Assembly (NCBI GenBank): GCA_012295275.1 | Contig: CM022672.1 | Location: forward strand, 18,848,001 to 18,912,000 | Source: Chrysomallon squamiferum | Taxonomy: Eukaryota; Animalia; Mollusca | DNA length: 64,000 nt | Direction: 5' to 3' | Part shown: piece after piece, positions 51,601-64,000 of the stretch | Layout of the letters: each line of letters begins with the position of its first letter | Position numbering within the stretch: position 1 is the stretch's first letter | Position numbers and translations under genes: made by a program | Notes under the pieces: model-generated | The model's input: only the letters and a program-made list of their open reading frames with translations | Database searches by the model: none | What the model was told of the DNA's origin: nothing

Positions 51601-54600
51601 TTTACTATCCTAAGAAATGTCCAAAAGATCACAGATATACAAGCAGACAATGCAAATATTTACCTAAAAATTTTCAGACTTTGCACTGTACAAAATATAT
51701 TATAAAAAATATAGTTTAAAATACTACAGTAAACAGCTCTGATTTGTTCAACGATTTGAGCTTTATAACTGTGATAAAGACATGATATTTTACTGTGATA
51801 TTTCTGGATAACTACAACAGTTGTATAAATATACAACTTTCTTGAAGACAAATGTTGCACATTTTACAACAGAGGTGATGACGGACTTATTTAACTATCT
51901 GTTATTTACAATTTTCTGAATTGTTTACCTGGATGGCATGGTCATCGACTGTCTCAAGAACCTGTCTGTCAATGATGTCCAGTGATGGTTTCAGATGCTG
52001 TGCTGGAGCAGGTACTGGGGCTGGGGTGTCACTCTCTGCCTTGATTGGAACCAGCTTGAAATGCTTGGGAGGAACTGGAGGAGGCTGACCAATTGATCTC
52101 TTTTCCACCTGTATTACACAAATATTGTATGTCAAAACACTCATGAAGTAATATCTATATTCAATGTTTTAAAAGTTCTGCTGGTTCTATGAATGTAATG
52201 TTAAGAATGATCTTTTTTCTTTTCTTTTTTTTCTTTTTTTTTCAGAACATTATTTTATAAAATTATATTATGAAAATAATTCCTTCCCCATGTCAATCAA
52301 ACTGCAATATCTTATTTGTGAGCAACCAACATTAATTTTGACAACTGGTAGATTAACGCATATTCACTAAATAATAAACGAAGCAAGATATAATTTATTG
52401 TTTACTGAAACATATACTTCACAAGCCTGTTAATTGACTAGGGAGGGTCAAAATATTTATTTGATGTAACTTGCTAGTTACAAGAAACTAAAACATTTAC
52501 TTCTTATAGCATGTTGTGGGGTTTTAATCAAACTACTTACTCCATAAGACATGTTGGAATGTTTCAATCAAAACACTTACTTCATAAGTCATGTTGGAAT
52601 GTTTCAATCAAAACACTTCATATTGCATGATGGAATGTTTTAACCAAAAAACTTACTTCATAAGACATGTTGGAATGTTTCAATCAAAACACTTACTTCA
52701 TATGGCATGTTGGAATGTTTTACTCAAAACACTTACTTCATAAGACATGTTGGAATGTTTTAATCAAAACAGTTATTTCATAAGGCATGTTGGAATGTTT
52801 CAGTCAAAAAACTTACTTCATATGGCTTGCTTGGCGGAATATTTGCAAGCTGAGCTTGCTCTGCCTGTTCAGCAATGTTGTCTGCCACACCCGTGCCAGG
52901 TGCATACCCCTGCCTTGCCTGACCCCCGGGATGAGCCCGCTGGTTGTATATTGCCTGCTGTCGGCTGTCAGGGACTGTGCCGTACAGATACTGTTGTTGC
53001 AGCATCTCAGCAGGAGGTGGAGGGAGCTCGTTGGGGTCAAAGTGATCCCCTTGAGCAATCTGCATCTTGTTAATTCCACCTGTCACCTGAAAAATACCAA
53101 AAATAAAAAATGTATAAAGAAAAAACAGTTTTTTTTACAATAATACAAGGAATGTGATAAAATCAAAAAATAAAAATTTATAAACATATTTTAAAGATGA
53201 TGTTGAAATATAAATAAATAAATAAATAAGAACAAAAAAACAAAAATAACTGTAACAGCACTAAGTAACAGTTACTAAGTTATTAATTTATGAAAAAAAA
53301 AAAAGATAACACACCATTAATTCATATTAAAATTCAAGTATCAGCTACATTCTGTTTTTAATTTAATTTTAATTTTTTTGTTTTAAATATTACAAAAATA
53401 AATCACCTTAAAATACAATTTGGAAACAGGCATCTTGCTTGCTGCAATATTTTACGTAAATAAAAGTCAACAACAACAATTTTGTTCCAAGTATAATAAC
53501 ACCAGAATGTTTCAAGTATAATAAAGTCAATGAAATACCGTATATATTGCATACCTTGTTTTTACTGAACAAGACTTTACTATGTCATATTCAACTATAG
53601 AATTATTTTAATGTACTCAGTTTTTTTAACATAAACACTGAAGGATCTTAAAATAATGTTAGATTTTAAAATAATAATAATAATAAAATTATAATAAATG
53701 TAATCAGTAAACAGTAGAGTATGTTTTACACATATCAAAATTAATCAAAAAGAATTATTAGGATAAAGTGTTCATTTTATTATATTTGATACTTATTGTA
53801 ATAATTCTAAGACATGATTTCCTTACTCTGTATCAGTTATTTTCAGTGAGTGTTACAGGTTTATTTTTTATTTGTATCAAAAGGTGTTGGGATAAACATA
53901 TGCCTGTGACACATCAACAAATTTCTAAATTCATCCTGAAGTGAAATCTTTATATTTACATGTGAAGGTTACGTGTTATATGTTTTATTTACATCAACAA
54001 TACTCTATTAACCTGACTGCATAATACAAAGTAACACTGTACCAGAGTGAATTCAATGAAAGGTTCACCCAAGTGTAAATGAAATTAGAGTATTACAAAC
54101 GTTACTAAAATGGTCAGAACAACTGATCATGGGTGAATAAAAAAACATTTGGGTGAATGACAATGGAACTGTTTTGAGAAGAACTGCAACAGTTAACACA
54201 GTGTGATGTGTACTGTGGTGGATATAGACCTGTGTTTTACATGCTTCAACAACACAGTAGTGCAGTTATTAGGATAAATACGGTATCTGACAACACTTGA
54301 GTGTGTACACAGTCAAACTGCTAAGTAATGGTTTCCGTAATCCACACAGCACCTTTCATCCTAGGAAGTGAAAAGTTTACAACTGATAAAGTAGTTTGAC
54401 AGTTACAAAGTTTTAAACTGCTTCTGTTTGTCTGCACATGCAAAAACTTTACACTTGTTTTTGAATGAGCTAAATATTACAGAGTTCTTTTTGTTTTGTT
54501 TTTCTTTTAAGTAAGGTTACATGAATTAAGTTTTGAATCTATTTTTATATAACATAATTTTAAAATAATGTTATTATTATTATTATTAACTTTTTTAAAA

Positions 54601-57508
54601 TAATTTATTTATTATTTGTTTTGCCGTTTAATATAATAAATAAACAAAAATAATGAGGTTTGAATAAATGCTTTCCAAAGGCACAACCATCTATTTTAAT
54701 TTCAATGATTATAGGATGATTATAGCTATACATATTGATTTAATAATGATTTGAGGGAGAAAATCTGCTGCAGCAACTATCAAGGGAATTTTTATTTGTA
54801 TTTTCATACAGACTGAAAACCACGTATCATTTGATAAATGAGTCATCTGGTACTGGGAGGATAGTAAATAAATAAGTAACAAAGTACATAAATAAATAAA
54901 TTAATCAGTCAGTCAGCCAGCCAGATAATCAATCAATAAATACTAATTAAATAAATGTTTTTTAAAAATTATTAAAAAATTATTCATATTTGATTAATAA
55001 CTAAATAAATGATGATGATGATATCCAAAACTATTTTTAAAAAATGAATAAATAAATAAATAATCACAACTAATAATCAGCATTATCACATTATGACACA
55101 TTGTCATATATGAACGTATTGTAAACTGTTGAAACGTTGTTGATTACTGAAGTCTGCACAGTTTTATATTAACAACAATTCAGCACATATTTTTCATACA
55201 TTATACACAACTATTCACACAAACAGCAGCTAATAAACACTGTTTATTCCCCAAGGCTGGCTGGCTGGCTAGGCTGCTGTTGTTGTTGTTGTTGTTAAGA
55301 TTTATTTAGCCACCAACATCCATGTGTAATTTAAGAAATACCTTGATGTCAGCTAGATTACACAGCAATCAATCACAACAACGTATCTACCAAGCTTGTA
55401 ATTATAACATCTGTAACATAATACACCAAAGTGCACAGAACAACAATATCTGCCTAAGTCTTTTATGTATGTAAATTACTGGAAAACTACAAGTTGGGTT
55501 AAAAAGATTCAGCTTCCTGATAAAAAAAAAAAAAAGCTGACTAATATGAAAAGAAAGTGAATATAAAAGAAAAGAAAAAATGCAAAGGTGACTTTTTTGC
55601 AAAAAAAAATTCAAATTCTGTAAAATGATAAGTGTGATTTTAGAGTGTTTAATATCACTACATTATATACCACATTTTATTATTTTTGTTCCGGTAATAT
55701 TTTAAGATAACAGTTTTTGTCTCATTTAAAAAAAAAAAAAAAAAAAAGCATTATTCTTACACCAAATATCATGTGCAGATTTCAGGGTTATGTACAGATG
55801 GCCTATTTATGAATCATGTCACAACAAAATAATAGTATTAATACATCTTCTAGAGTTTAATTCTACAGCAACACTTCATTATAAGCATGGGCATAGTACT
55901 AAATATATTAAAACTTTTACTTAGAAGTACATTCAAAAAATCAGATTTATAATACTTTTTGTTTCTATCACAAAAGGTATTGTTTTTTGTTTTTCTTCCC
56001 AGTATCTTGCTATAATTAAATTTTATGGTATTTATTATTATTATATTATATTGTTGTCTTTCTTCTTTTTTTAAATTAATTCTTTGAATGTAATTTTGAC
56101 CAGACATTCTAACATTTCAAAATACAAGATTAAATATATCTCATGAATAAAACTGCATATCCAGCCCATGAATTATGCAGCATTTACATTTAATTGATCA
56201 CTGTATTGATCTACAACTGTGCAACATTATACAACACACACACACACCCCCCATACACATACTTAATAAGAGACAAACGTGTGTATACTCTGTTTCTTGC
56301 TAACTGTCGCTATAATGATATACTCCACACTGTACATGTGAAGCCAAACAGAAATGATGTTCTGGACTAACTTAACAATAGTGGTTCCCTGCTGTTAACT
56401 TGTTCACCTGCAGGACCACGGAATTTCACAAGAATTTTAAGCCCTATCGTATGGTAAATAAAACATGAAATATGTAATGTCCATAAAAAAATATATGATT
56501 TCACATTCATTTATTCACATACAGAGAAGTGCAGTAAAATTGCATACACAACAACAAAATATCCATAATCTGTTTATTTATGCCTAACACTAACAGGAGG
56601 AAGCACTTCTGATAAATTTGGTTATCTGTTTGTGTTTTGTATTAGGTGGTAACACAACCTGCTGGTATCAAATATCATGAGTTGTTTGAAAGAAATATTT
56701 ATTTTCTTATGAATTTTGTAATTCCTAATGTGGTATTTACTATATTTGTTATAATAAAAAAAAAAATAATAATAATAAAAACAACTTTCAATCCTTAAAC
56801 ATTTAACACTATTGGCCTTTAAATCAGAAATGTTAATAGCAGTACTGCATAAAAAATAACAATATCCTATTATATTGTTATTAAGTTTTGTATTTACCGC
56901 ATGGAATGACACCCTTTTTTTTTCTATGTTATTTATCTACTTCATTATTATTATTATCTCTTAAATGAACAGGATGTGACTCACACTATTAAACATCCTA
57001 CAACAAAACCAAGCAAAGTTTAAAATCTGTTTGACAATGCACATCATTTAAATAACAACAATAATCCAAAATAAATGCCTACAAAAGACAACTACGTTAC
57101 ATAAAACAGACTATATATTTGGAAAACAGTATTTGTATCTAACCTGTTTCTCTTCATCCTGTGAATTCATTGTTAAAAATACACACAGCCACACCTGATA
57201 CTACAGGTGTTTGTCCAGTGTCTATCTACCTGAGTGTTTACCTGCAGCAAGTGACACAGAGAGAGAGAGAGGTAGCTTACCCACGTAACACACACGTACA
57301 CACACACACAACTAGATTTATGTTAGTGTCACCCGCTGACTTGCTATTTAGTAGTAACTGAAAGTTTTATTTACATGTCTCACATTACTCATATGTAAAT
57401 TTTTGTATTCTTTGTTGGACTGAAATGTCTGTCATAATATATATTTTTTTTTTAATAAATAAGATATAATTATTGTACGTGTTTTTCAGTGCAGCTGTAC
57501 AGTTTTGT

Positions 57509-57550
<42 letters not shown>

Positions 57551-58350
57551 AAATTATGCATGCTTACACACATTATTCATATCACAAGATAAATCTTTTG
57601 CCTTTTATAAACATAAATTATTCTTATACACACACATTATTTAAATTAAATAGACTAAAGTCAGTGGCAAAGATACAACAGATATTTTGTTTATTATTAA
57701 ACAATTTTTATTTTTTTTATATTTTACTTTACTTTATTTATTTTTTTTTTTAAACAAGTTATCACAACATGGATCCTATTACTTAGAAAAGTCAAATACT
57801 GAGATATTCAGAATTAGCTGGATTTAATCTTGTTAGAACCTTCTGACCTAACCAACAGGGAACACTGGAATTCAGTGCACAGACGCTAACAAGAAGATTA
57901 CCATTTCTTAAACATTTACTTTCTAATACTTCTCCGACATAACACTTACATACATAGTATATTCAAGTTGTATGGCATTCAGTTTGTTAGATATCTATAT
58001 CTTCTTTCTTTTTTTTGATCTTTCTTTTCAGCTACAAGTTATAAAACTATTGATTCCAGTGAATGAGAACTGTGCAAGTCTAAAGTGATCTCAAATATCA
58101 ATTTCCAATTTGCATTATATTTTTATAAAGCAATGTCACATATCGCAGAACATTCACTGACTTCTTACCAGAAGCCTTTTGTGACTTAATATATTCAATA
58201 TAATAGAGCAACTAGAGCACATTTACAATTATGAAACCAAAATAAAACTGGTAAGAAACATGGGCTAAGAATGACTAAATGATATAAAATACTTGAATAA
58301 AAATATAATTTGTTGCTTTAGCTTTTCAGTTTCTTTTCTTTTCTAAAGCT

Positions 58351-58430
<80 letters not shown>

Positions 58431-61400
58431 GTGTGTGTGTGATATATGTATGTATATCATACACAAACGTGAGAGAATGTGTGGGGGTGTCTATGGATGG
58501 GTGGATGTGGATGTAGGTGCACATGCATATGTGTTCTTGTACATGATTATAAATTATAATGTCACACTTTTATTGTGTTGCTTTCTAATTATTAAACAGT
58601 TCCCTTTTTACACTATATACTGACCCAGGTCAAATTCCACAGTAAGGAGTAACTTATTTACCAGCTGAGTATCATTTAGTTACAGAAACGTAGATGTATC
58701 AGTAATGTGTATCAGTTGTTTATAAAAACAGAAACTCTTAACATATCTGACTCAACGAAATTTCTGCAGAATAAAATGCATATCACCAATATATGAATAA
58801 AATATAACTGGTAATATAATACATTTTTCTGTGTTTTATAATAACAAAACAAACACTAAATGCTTGATGTACTAAAAATAATAATAATTTACTCAATCTT
58901 TATTATTAATAATTTTTCCTGACAATCGAAAGTACTTAAATCAACAACCTTTAGTACTAGTAGTAGTACATTATTATTATCATCATAATCAGCATTATTA
59001 TCATAGTATCATTGTTATTATTATCATAGTAGTATCATTGTTATTATTATTGTCATTGTTGTTGTTGTTATTATTATTATTATTATTAAAAATTTAAACA
59101 AACCTTCTCCATCACAATGACATTGCCACTGTTATCCAACGAACTATTACCAAACTGTTATTATCAAATATGACCTAAACTGTAGAAAGACAGATCTATA
59201 AAATCAACAGGCAACATCTGTTACCACAAAAACAACCATTATTTTGGATTACAAATGCTGAAGTCAAGTGTAAAATATTTCTCTGTTTCATATTTGTGTT
59301 TGTAGAATCTTTCTGTATTTCATATTTGTGTTTGTAGAATATTTCTGTGTTTTATTTTACTTAGTTTTCATGATAAAGAGCAAACACTGTCAAACTACCA
59401 GTCAATGCTTCATGATTAGTACATGAAAATATTTAGGAATGTGCTGTCGTGTCTGTAGGAAGTTACTGGAAAAGATCACTTGCTGGAAATGAACAAAACC
59501 AAGAAGTGAATTTACTCATCAGACGTAAGGAATCATTTCAGTTCAGATGCTCTGAATGTCCTCAAGATGGAGTTACGTTAAATGTGATAATGAAGATGTA
59601 ACCAAAGTTAGTTTCTTCAAATACCTGATGTAATTATATGTAAATATAACTAAAGTCTTTGATAGAGTTATGTCAATGTGCTATGTCAACAGCCCTATTC
59701 ATTTTCATTCTCTTTTTTGTTGTTGTTGTTGTCATCATTATTGTTGTTATTGTTGTTTTTACTATTATATACATTTTTTTTAACCCTGTCACATATGTAT
59801 GCTGCAACAGCTAGATACTAACACAGCTAACAGTTACAAGTAAAGTTACTTTTTAAATCTTTATTTATTTATTTATTCCATTTTTATTTATTTATTTATT
59901 CATTTATAATGCATGTGAACTACTTAACACTGAAGTAGATGGCAGTGGTGAGGGTCATAAAAAATAATTAATTGTAATGCCTGATAACCGATTGTAATGC
60001 TGGCGATTGTAATTAATGATAGCAGTAGTATTGATGATGCAGTCTGCTTTCATGGTTAATGTACTGTGTGATGGAGTATCAACTGAAAGAATATAGAAAT
60101 GAATCATAGCTGCATATAGTATGATATACTCAGTGTTTTTAACACACTGCATTTAAGCTCTATCTTTGCCATATCATTAACTACACAGTTTCATCAACAG
60201 AATTCAAATTTAATACCTACTATGAGGTAATCTAAGCTACAAGTTTTATCTAGAAGTATTTTGATGTGTAAATATTAACCTCACAGGTCACTGTTAGCAA
60301 TTAACTGGATTATAAATATCAGTGAAAGGTCATAAACTGCAAACGTGATCCTTCTCTTGAACAACAGGAAAGGATTAGATGACAAGGTTTATGACTGAAC
60401 AAGAACGTGCTAATGAAACAACATAAAACGTCCAGTGTTTATTTGATGTCAGACATTAAATTTTCCACGTCCAGTATAATCCAGGTGTGTCTCTATTTAC
60501 ATACAAATTAGTAGGTCTCTGATATTGTAGCATACTTGAGAAACACTTAGTATACTAAAACAGTGCTTGAAAAATTCTTTCATGTCAAATCCAAGTAATG
60601 TTTTGTGGTTATTCAGTTTTCAAACTGACTGCATCAGTGATTTCATTGCCACTAATAAAGCATTTTCTAAGAACACTCCCTTAGGCATTAAAAAAAAAAA
60701 AAAAAAAAATTAAAACTATTTTGATTTCAGTTTGTAAGTTCAAATATTTTAAAAATATATTGTTAAAAATAACCCATGGAAAGTAGTTAATAAATAAATA
60801 AATGAATGTTCAAAGACAGCTCAGCGCAACATTTTTTTACAAAGACTATTAGTCTCAGTTAGGTATATTATGTTAATGTTAAATCTATTTACAATTTAAA
60901 CTAAAAAAAAACAATGGGTATGTCTCTAGAAAAAAACACATATCTGATAATATGAAAGATAAAGTACAGTGACATGCATAAGAGTTTTAAAAAATAAAAA
61001 AAATAAAAATTAATTTACAATATGTTTTTGAAAGGATGCAGTCTCTTTTGGAATGAAGATAGTTTTAATGGCTGAGTGAACACTGAACTGACAGGATCAA
61101 CCTGTCAGAACAATGACAATGGAATCTGTGGTTTAGTTTCAAGAAAAGTTAGTGTTTCTTCATTTCAGTTAAACCTTCTCATTTCAAGGCCGTATCTCAA
61201 TGATCTGACTGGGAATACGTGGATGAAAACATGAATGGTTTTATAATCTTCCAACAAGAAGATCATCCTCTTTTCTTAACAAAGAGCGTGCAGCCCTTAG
61301 ACTAAAGTTTCAATGATTTCGTTGATGCGGTAGTTAGCTCACTGTGTTTTCAGACATAAATAATTTTCAGGAGACTGGAGTATCTGTATGGTGATGTACA

Positions 61401-63702
61401 TACAATGTATATATCACAATGACTGGATAGAAATGATTATTTTGCAAGTTTAAGGCAGAAGGGACTGGCTGGCTTTGACTGAATGGATGTGTTGGCCTGA
61501 GGCTACAATCTACAACTTGTTTGTTAAATACAGTGGTACACATGAAAAGTATGTCCAGTTCTACTAACTGAAAAAGAGTAGTCCTTTGTATTTCAGCAGA
61601 TTTCCTCTCTTGATATTTGCATTATTATTAATTATAATACTGTGTAAAGCTTTACAGATTTAAAACTAACTGAGCGTCATTAAAATGTTTGTTTCTTCCT
61701 TCAAGGCAAAATAATTTTTTTCCTCACTTTCCAAACAAAATACAAAAGCCATCAATTTACTTTGAATCATAAAAAGAATCAATAAAAAAAAACTGCCCCG
61801 ATTTGGAATTCAAAGATTGTGTCATTATCATCCATTTCAAAGCATTATTTTCCAGTTACTGACACTATTTTATTACTAAATGCTAATTCTTTGAACAATG
61901 CAAAATATTGTTTCTGTAATGGCCAAGAATGAACCAGAGGATGAGTTCCTAACATGGAGTGCATGATGGAGTGAGTTAATAATTAATATCACCAAAAAGC
62001 ACGTTATACGTGAAAAATCTTTATAAAACGTTAATCGCTAGTCATTAATAGTTTAAGAAAGGACTACAAAGAAGCTGCAAACACTCACCCCACGTGAATC
62101 TGGAGAATAAGCATCAAGATTGTGAGTCTGATCCCGAGGTCCACCCATGTAGATGCGACTTTCTGGCGACACCTGGTAGAAGGCGTTGTCCTGCTCATTG
62201 GGGTCAGCGTAGTGGACGTAATACTGACAGATGTGGGTATACGTGTCACCATCACGGGACGGGTCATTCCCGTAGATCTCAATACCGTATTCTCCCTTCT
62301 GCGGCAGATTGGCATTGACCACAACTTTGTCGTTCTGGTCGTCATCCTGGATGTACTGCTCCAGCTCGTCGTCTCTCATTCCGTTCTTACGCAGTTTGGC
62401 AAGGATGTATGCTGGCCTCGTCTTTTTGAATTCAAGTCTGACGTTTCCATCAGCACAAGCAATCACACCTTTAAAACCAGAAAAATATATTTATAGTATT
62501 TTCATCAGTAGAACATCTGAATATCTGTCTTCGTTTTATTTTTCTTGGGATGCATTTACATTTTGATGAAATATTCTTTTCATACAGATAAATGCCAAAA
62601 ATATTTTTATTACTTAAATATTTTACATAAAAAGTATACATCAATTTAGTTAATTATTTTTATTATTATTGTTTTTGTTTTTTATTAGTTTTAAAATTAC
62701 AATAGGAAAAATAATAATATTATTCTTACAATTTATTATCCTTGAGATGATTTTAAATAAGAGAATTTAATACCTAACAACACTTCACTCTTTCAAAACT
62801 GAAAACATTCTTTCCACGCAGTATAATTAGGCTACTACAACAATGAAAACATTACCTTGCGGAGGACTTACTTAAATATTTTATATAATAAGCATACAAC
62901 AATTTAGTTAATTGTTTTTATTATTTCTTATTTATTCTGTTTTTTAATTACTGTTTTAAAATTACAAAAGGAAAAAATAAGAATATTATTCTTACAATTT
63001 ATTATCCTTGAGACAATTTTAAATAAGAGAATTTAATACCTAACAACACTTCACTCTTTCAAAAACAGAACAGATTCTTTAACCATAAATCCACAGAGTA
63101 TAATTAAGCTAAAACAATGCAATACCTTGCGGAGGACTTGCTACAAGACCCATCTGATCAACAGCAACGCCAGGACCCCAGCTGCTGTCAGAGCAGTTGG
63201 GCAACGGCACGGCATCAGAAGCTGGCTGGTCTGCCAACACCTTGTACTCAGCAGACGCAGTGAAGACGTTCTTCACACCCAGCTCTCCGGTCAACAGCTG
63301 AGCGAAGATGGTGAAGTAGTAAGGTCCTGCCCGGGGCGCTCTGAAGATGAACGTGCTGGTCTGGTTCCTTCCATGCTCCTGAAGAGAGAAATTCTTCAGC
63401 TTCTGCCCCTGGTAGGTCTCATCCCCAGAGTCGGCGAACGTGATCTTGTAGGTGAAGTTGGTCGGTTTTCCGTGGCCGAGGGTCAGCGCGATGCAGCCGT
63501 TCTTGGTGTTGACGACGCCCATGTGGTGGGAGATGAAGAACATGCCGCACTTGAAGAAGTAGGACTTGACGAGTGGGAGGTTTTCGAAGTCCTGCAGAGA
63601 GATGCTGCGTGTGAGGAGTTGCCATTCCTTCTTGTGGGCCCAGTGGCTGTAGATGAGTTGTTCTGGATCTGTCAGAAAGTAGAAGTCGTCGTATTCGTAA
63701 AC
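48611..63702 (-). CDS. Hillarin/kyphoscoliosis-peptidase (KY)-like transglutaminase-like protein, 3' part; 5' end lies beyond the window
   Basis: Exons 63702-63126, 62468-62089, 53086-52817, 52108-51929, 51276-51188, 50850-50710 and 50372-48611, all GT-AG and phase-consistent. Motifs KVRVIFRWL, ISGYAKG, HSWNAVYIYGTWCLIDAHW and DEYFFLPDPHQLIYTHFP..WQLL (also DDFYFLTDPEQLIYSHW..WQLL in the upstream module), followed by repeated GEYGLEIY-type beta-sandwich units. Extra exons in the 9-kb intron cannot be excluded. Confidence 0.88.
52495..52840. repeat. 40-bp minisatellite (~9 units) built from the exon/intron junction of the KY-like gene
   Basis: Unit ACTTACTTCATAAGACATGTTGGAATGTTTCAATCAAAAC at ~52495, 52535, 52575, 52615 (4-bp deletion), 52651, 52691, 52731, 52771 and 52811. 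The last unit overlaps the true donor at 52817/52816. Confidence 0.93.
58354..58426. repeat. (CT)n microsatellite
   Basis: Directly visible. Confidence 0.95.
59276..59350. repeat. 32-bp tandem repeat, ~2.3 copies
   Basis: TTTCATATTTGTGTTTGTAGAAT occurs twice, 32 bp apart. Confidence 0.8.
62610..63139. repeat. Diverged ~260-270-bp tandem duplication that includes an exon 3' end and donor of the KY-like gene
   Basis: 62610-62868 vs 62869-63139 share TTACTTAAATATTTTA, TATTATTCTTACAATTTATTATCCTTGAGA, GAGAATTTAATACCTAACAACACTTCACTCTTTCAAAA and TACCTTGCGGAGGACTT. Confidence 0.9.
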
Positions 63703-64000
63703 CTAGAAAAATGTAAAAAAGAAAATTCTGAAATGAATTTAAATCAATAAAATAGACAAAACAATTTTGTTATGTAATGTGTAATATCCATTCTGAACTG
63801 TTAAAAAGATATTATACAGTTCATTAGATAAAAGAAATGGTGTGAAGAATGAAAATAAAATATAGTAATATTTATGATATACTGACAGCATGGGCAACTG
63901 AAGCCATTCAAGTACATCCCCAAACACACACACAACAAAAAAAAGGAAAACGAGAGAAACAGAAATACGGTGTGTGAGAGAGTGAGTGTGTGTGTGTGTG

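Noticed and set aside
1-64000. tRNA, rRNA or autonomous retroelement ORFs
   Set aside because: None recognisable by eye. A tRNAscan-SE or Infernal run would be needed to exclude small RNAs.

Overview
AT-rich, microsatellite-dense animal genomic DNA with GT-AG introns. A mollusc/lophotrochozoan origin is inferred from protein and repeat style and is not proven. Five protein-coding loci: (1) an intronless 687-aa membrane glycosyltransferase (4626-6689 +) whose motifs match bacterial beta-1,2-glucan synthases (OpgH/MdoH and the GT84 domain of cyclic beta-1,2-glucan synthase Cgs/NdvB), a strong horizontal-transfer candidate and the main finding; (2) a 6-exon cofactor-dependent phosphoglycerate mutase (-); (3) protrudin/ZFYVE27 (+), head-to-head with PGAM, whose reading frame needs an extra microexon; (4) the 3' part of a large hillarin/KY-like transglutaminase-like gene (-) with two tandem modules; (5) a stand-alone 224-aa paralog of that gene's C-terminus. 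Also present: two internally deleted Tigger/pogo DNA transposons, a six-unit tandem array upstream of the glycosyltransferase, and three independent tandem duplications that each copy a 5' splice donor. All family assignments come from motifs recalled from memory; no database search was run.
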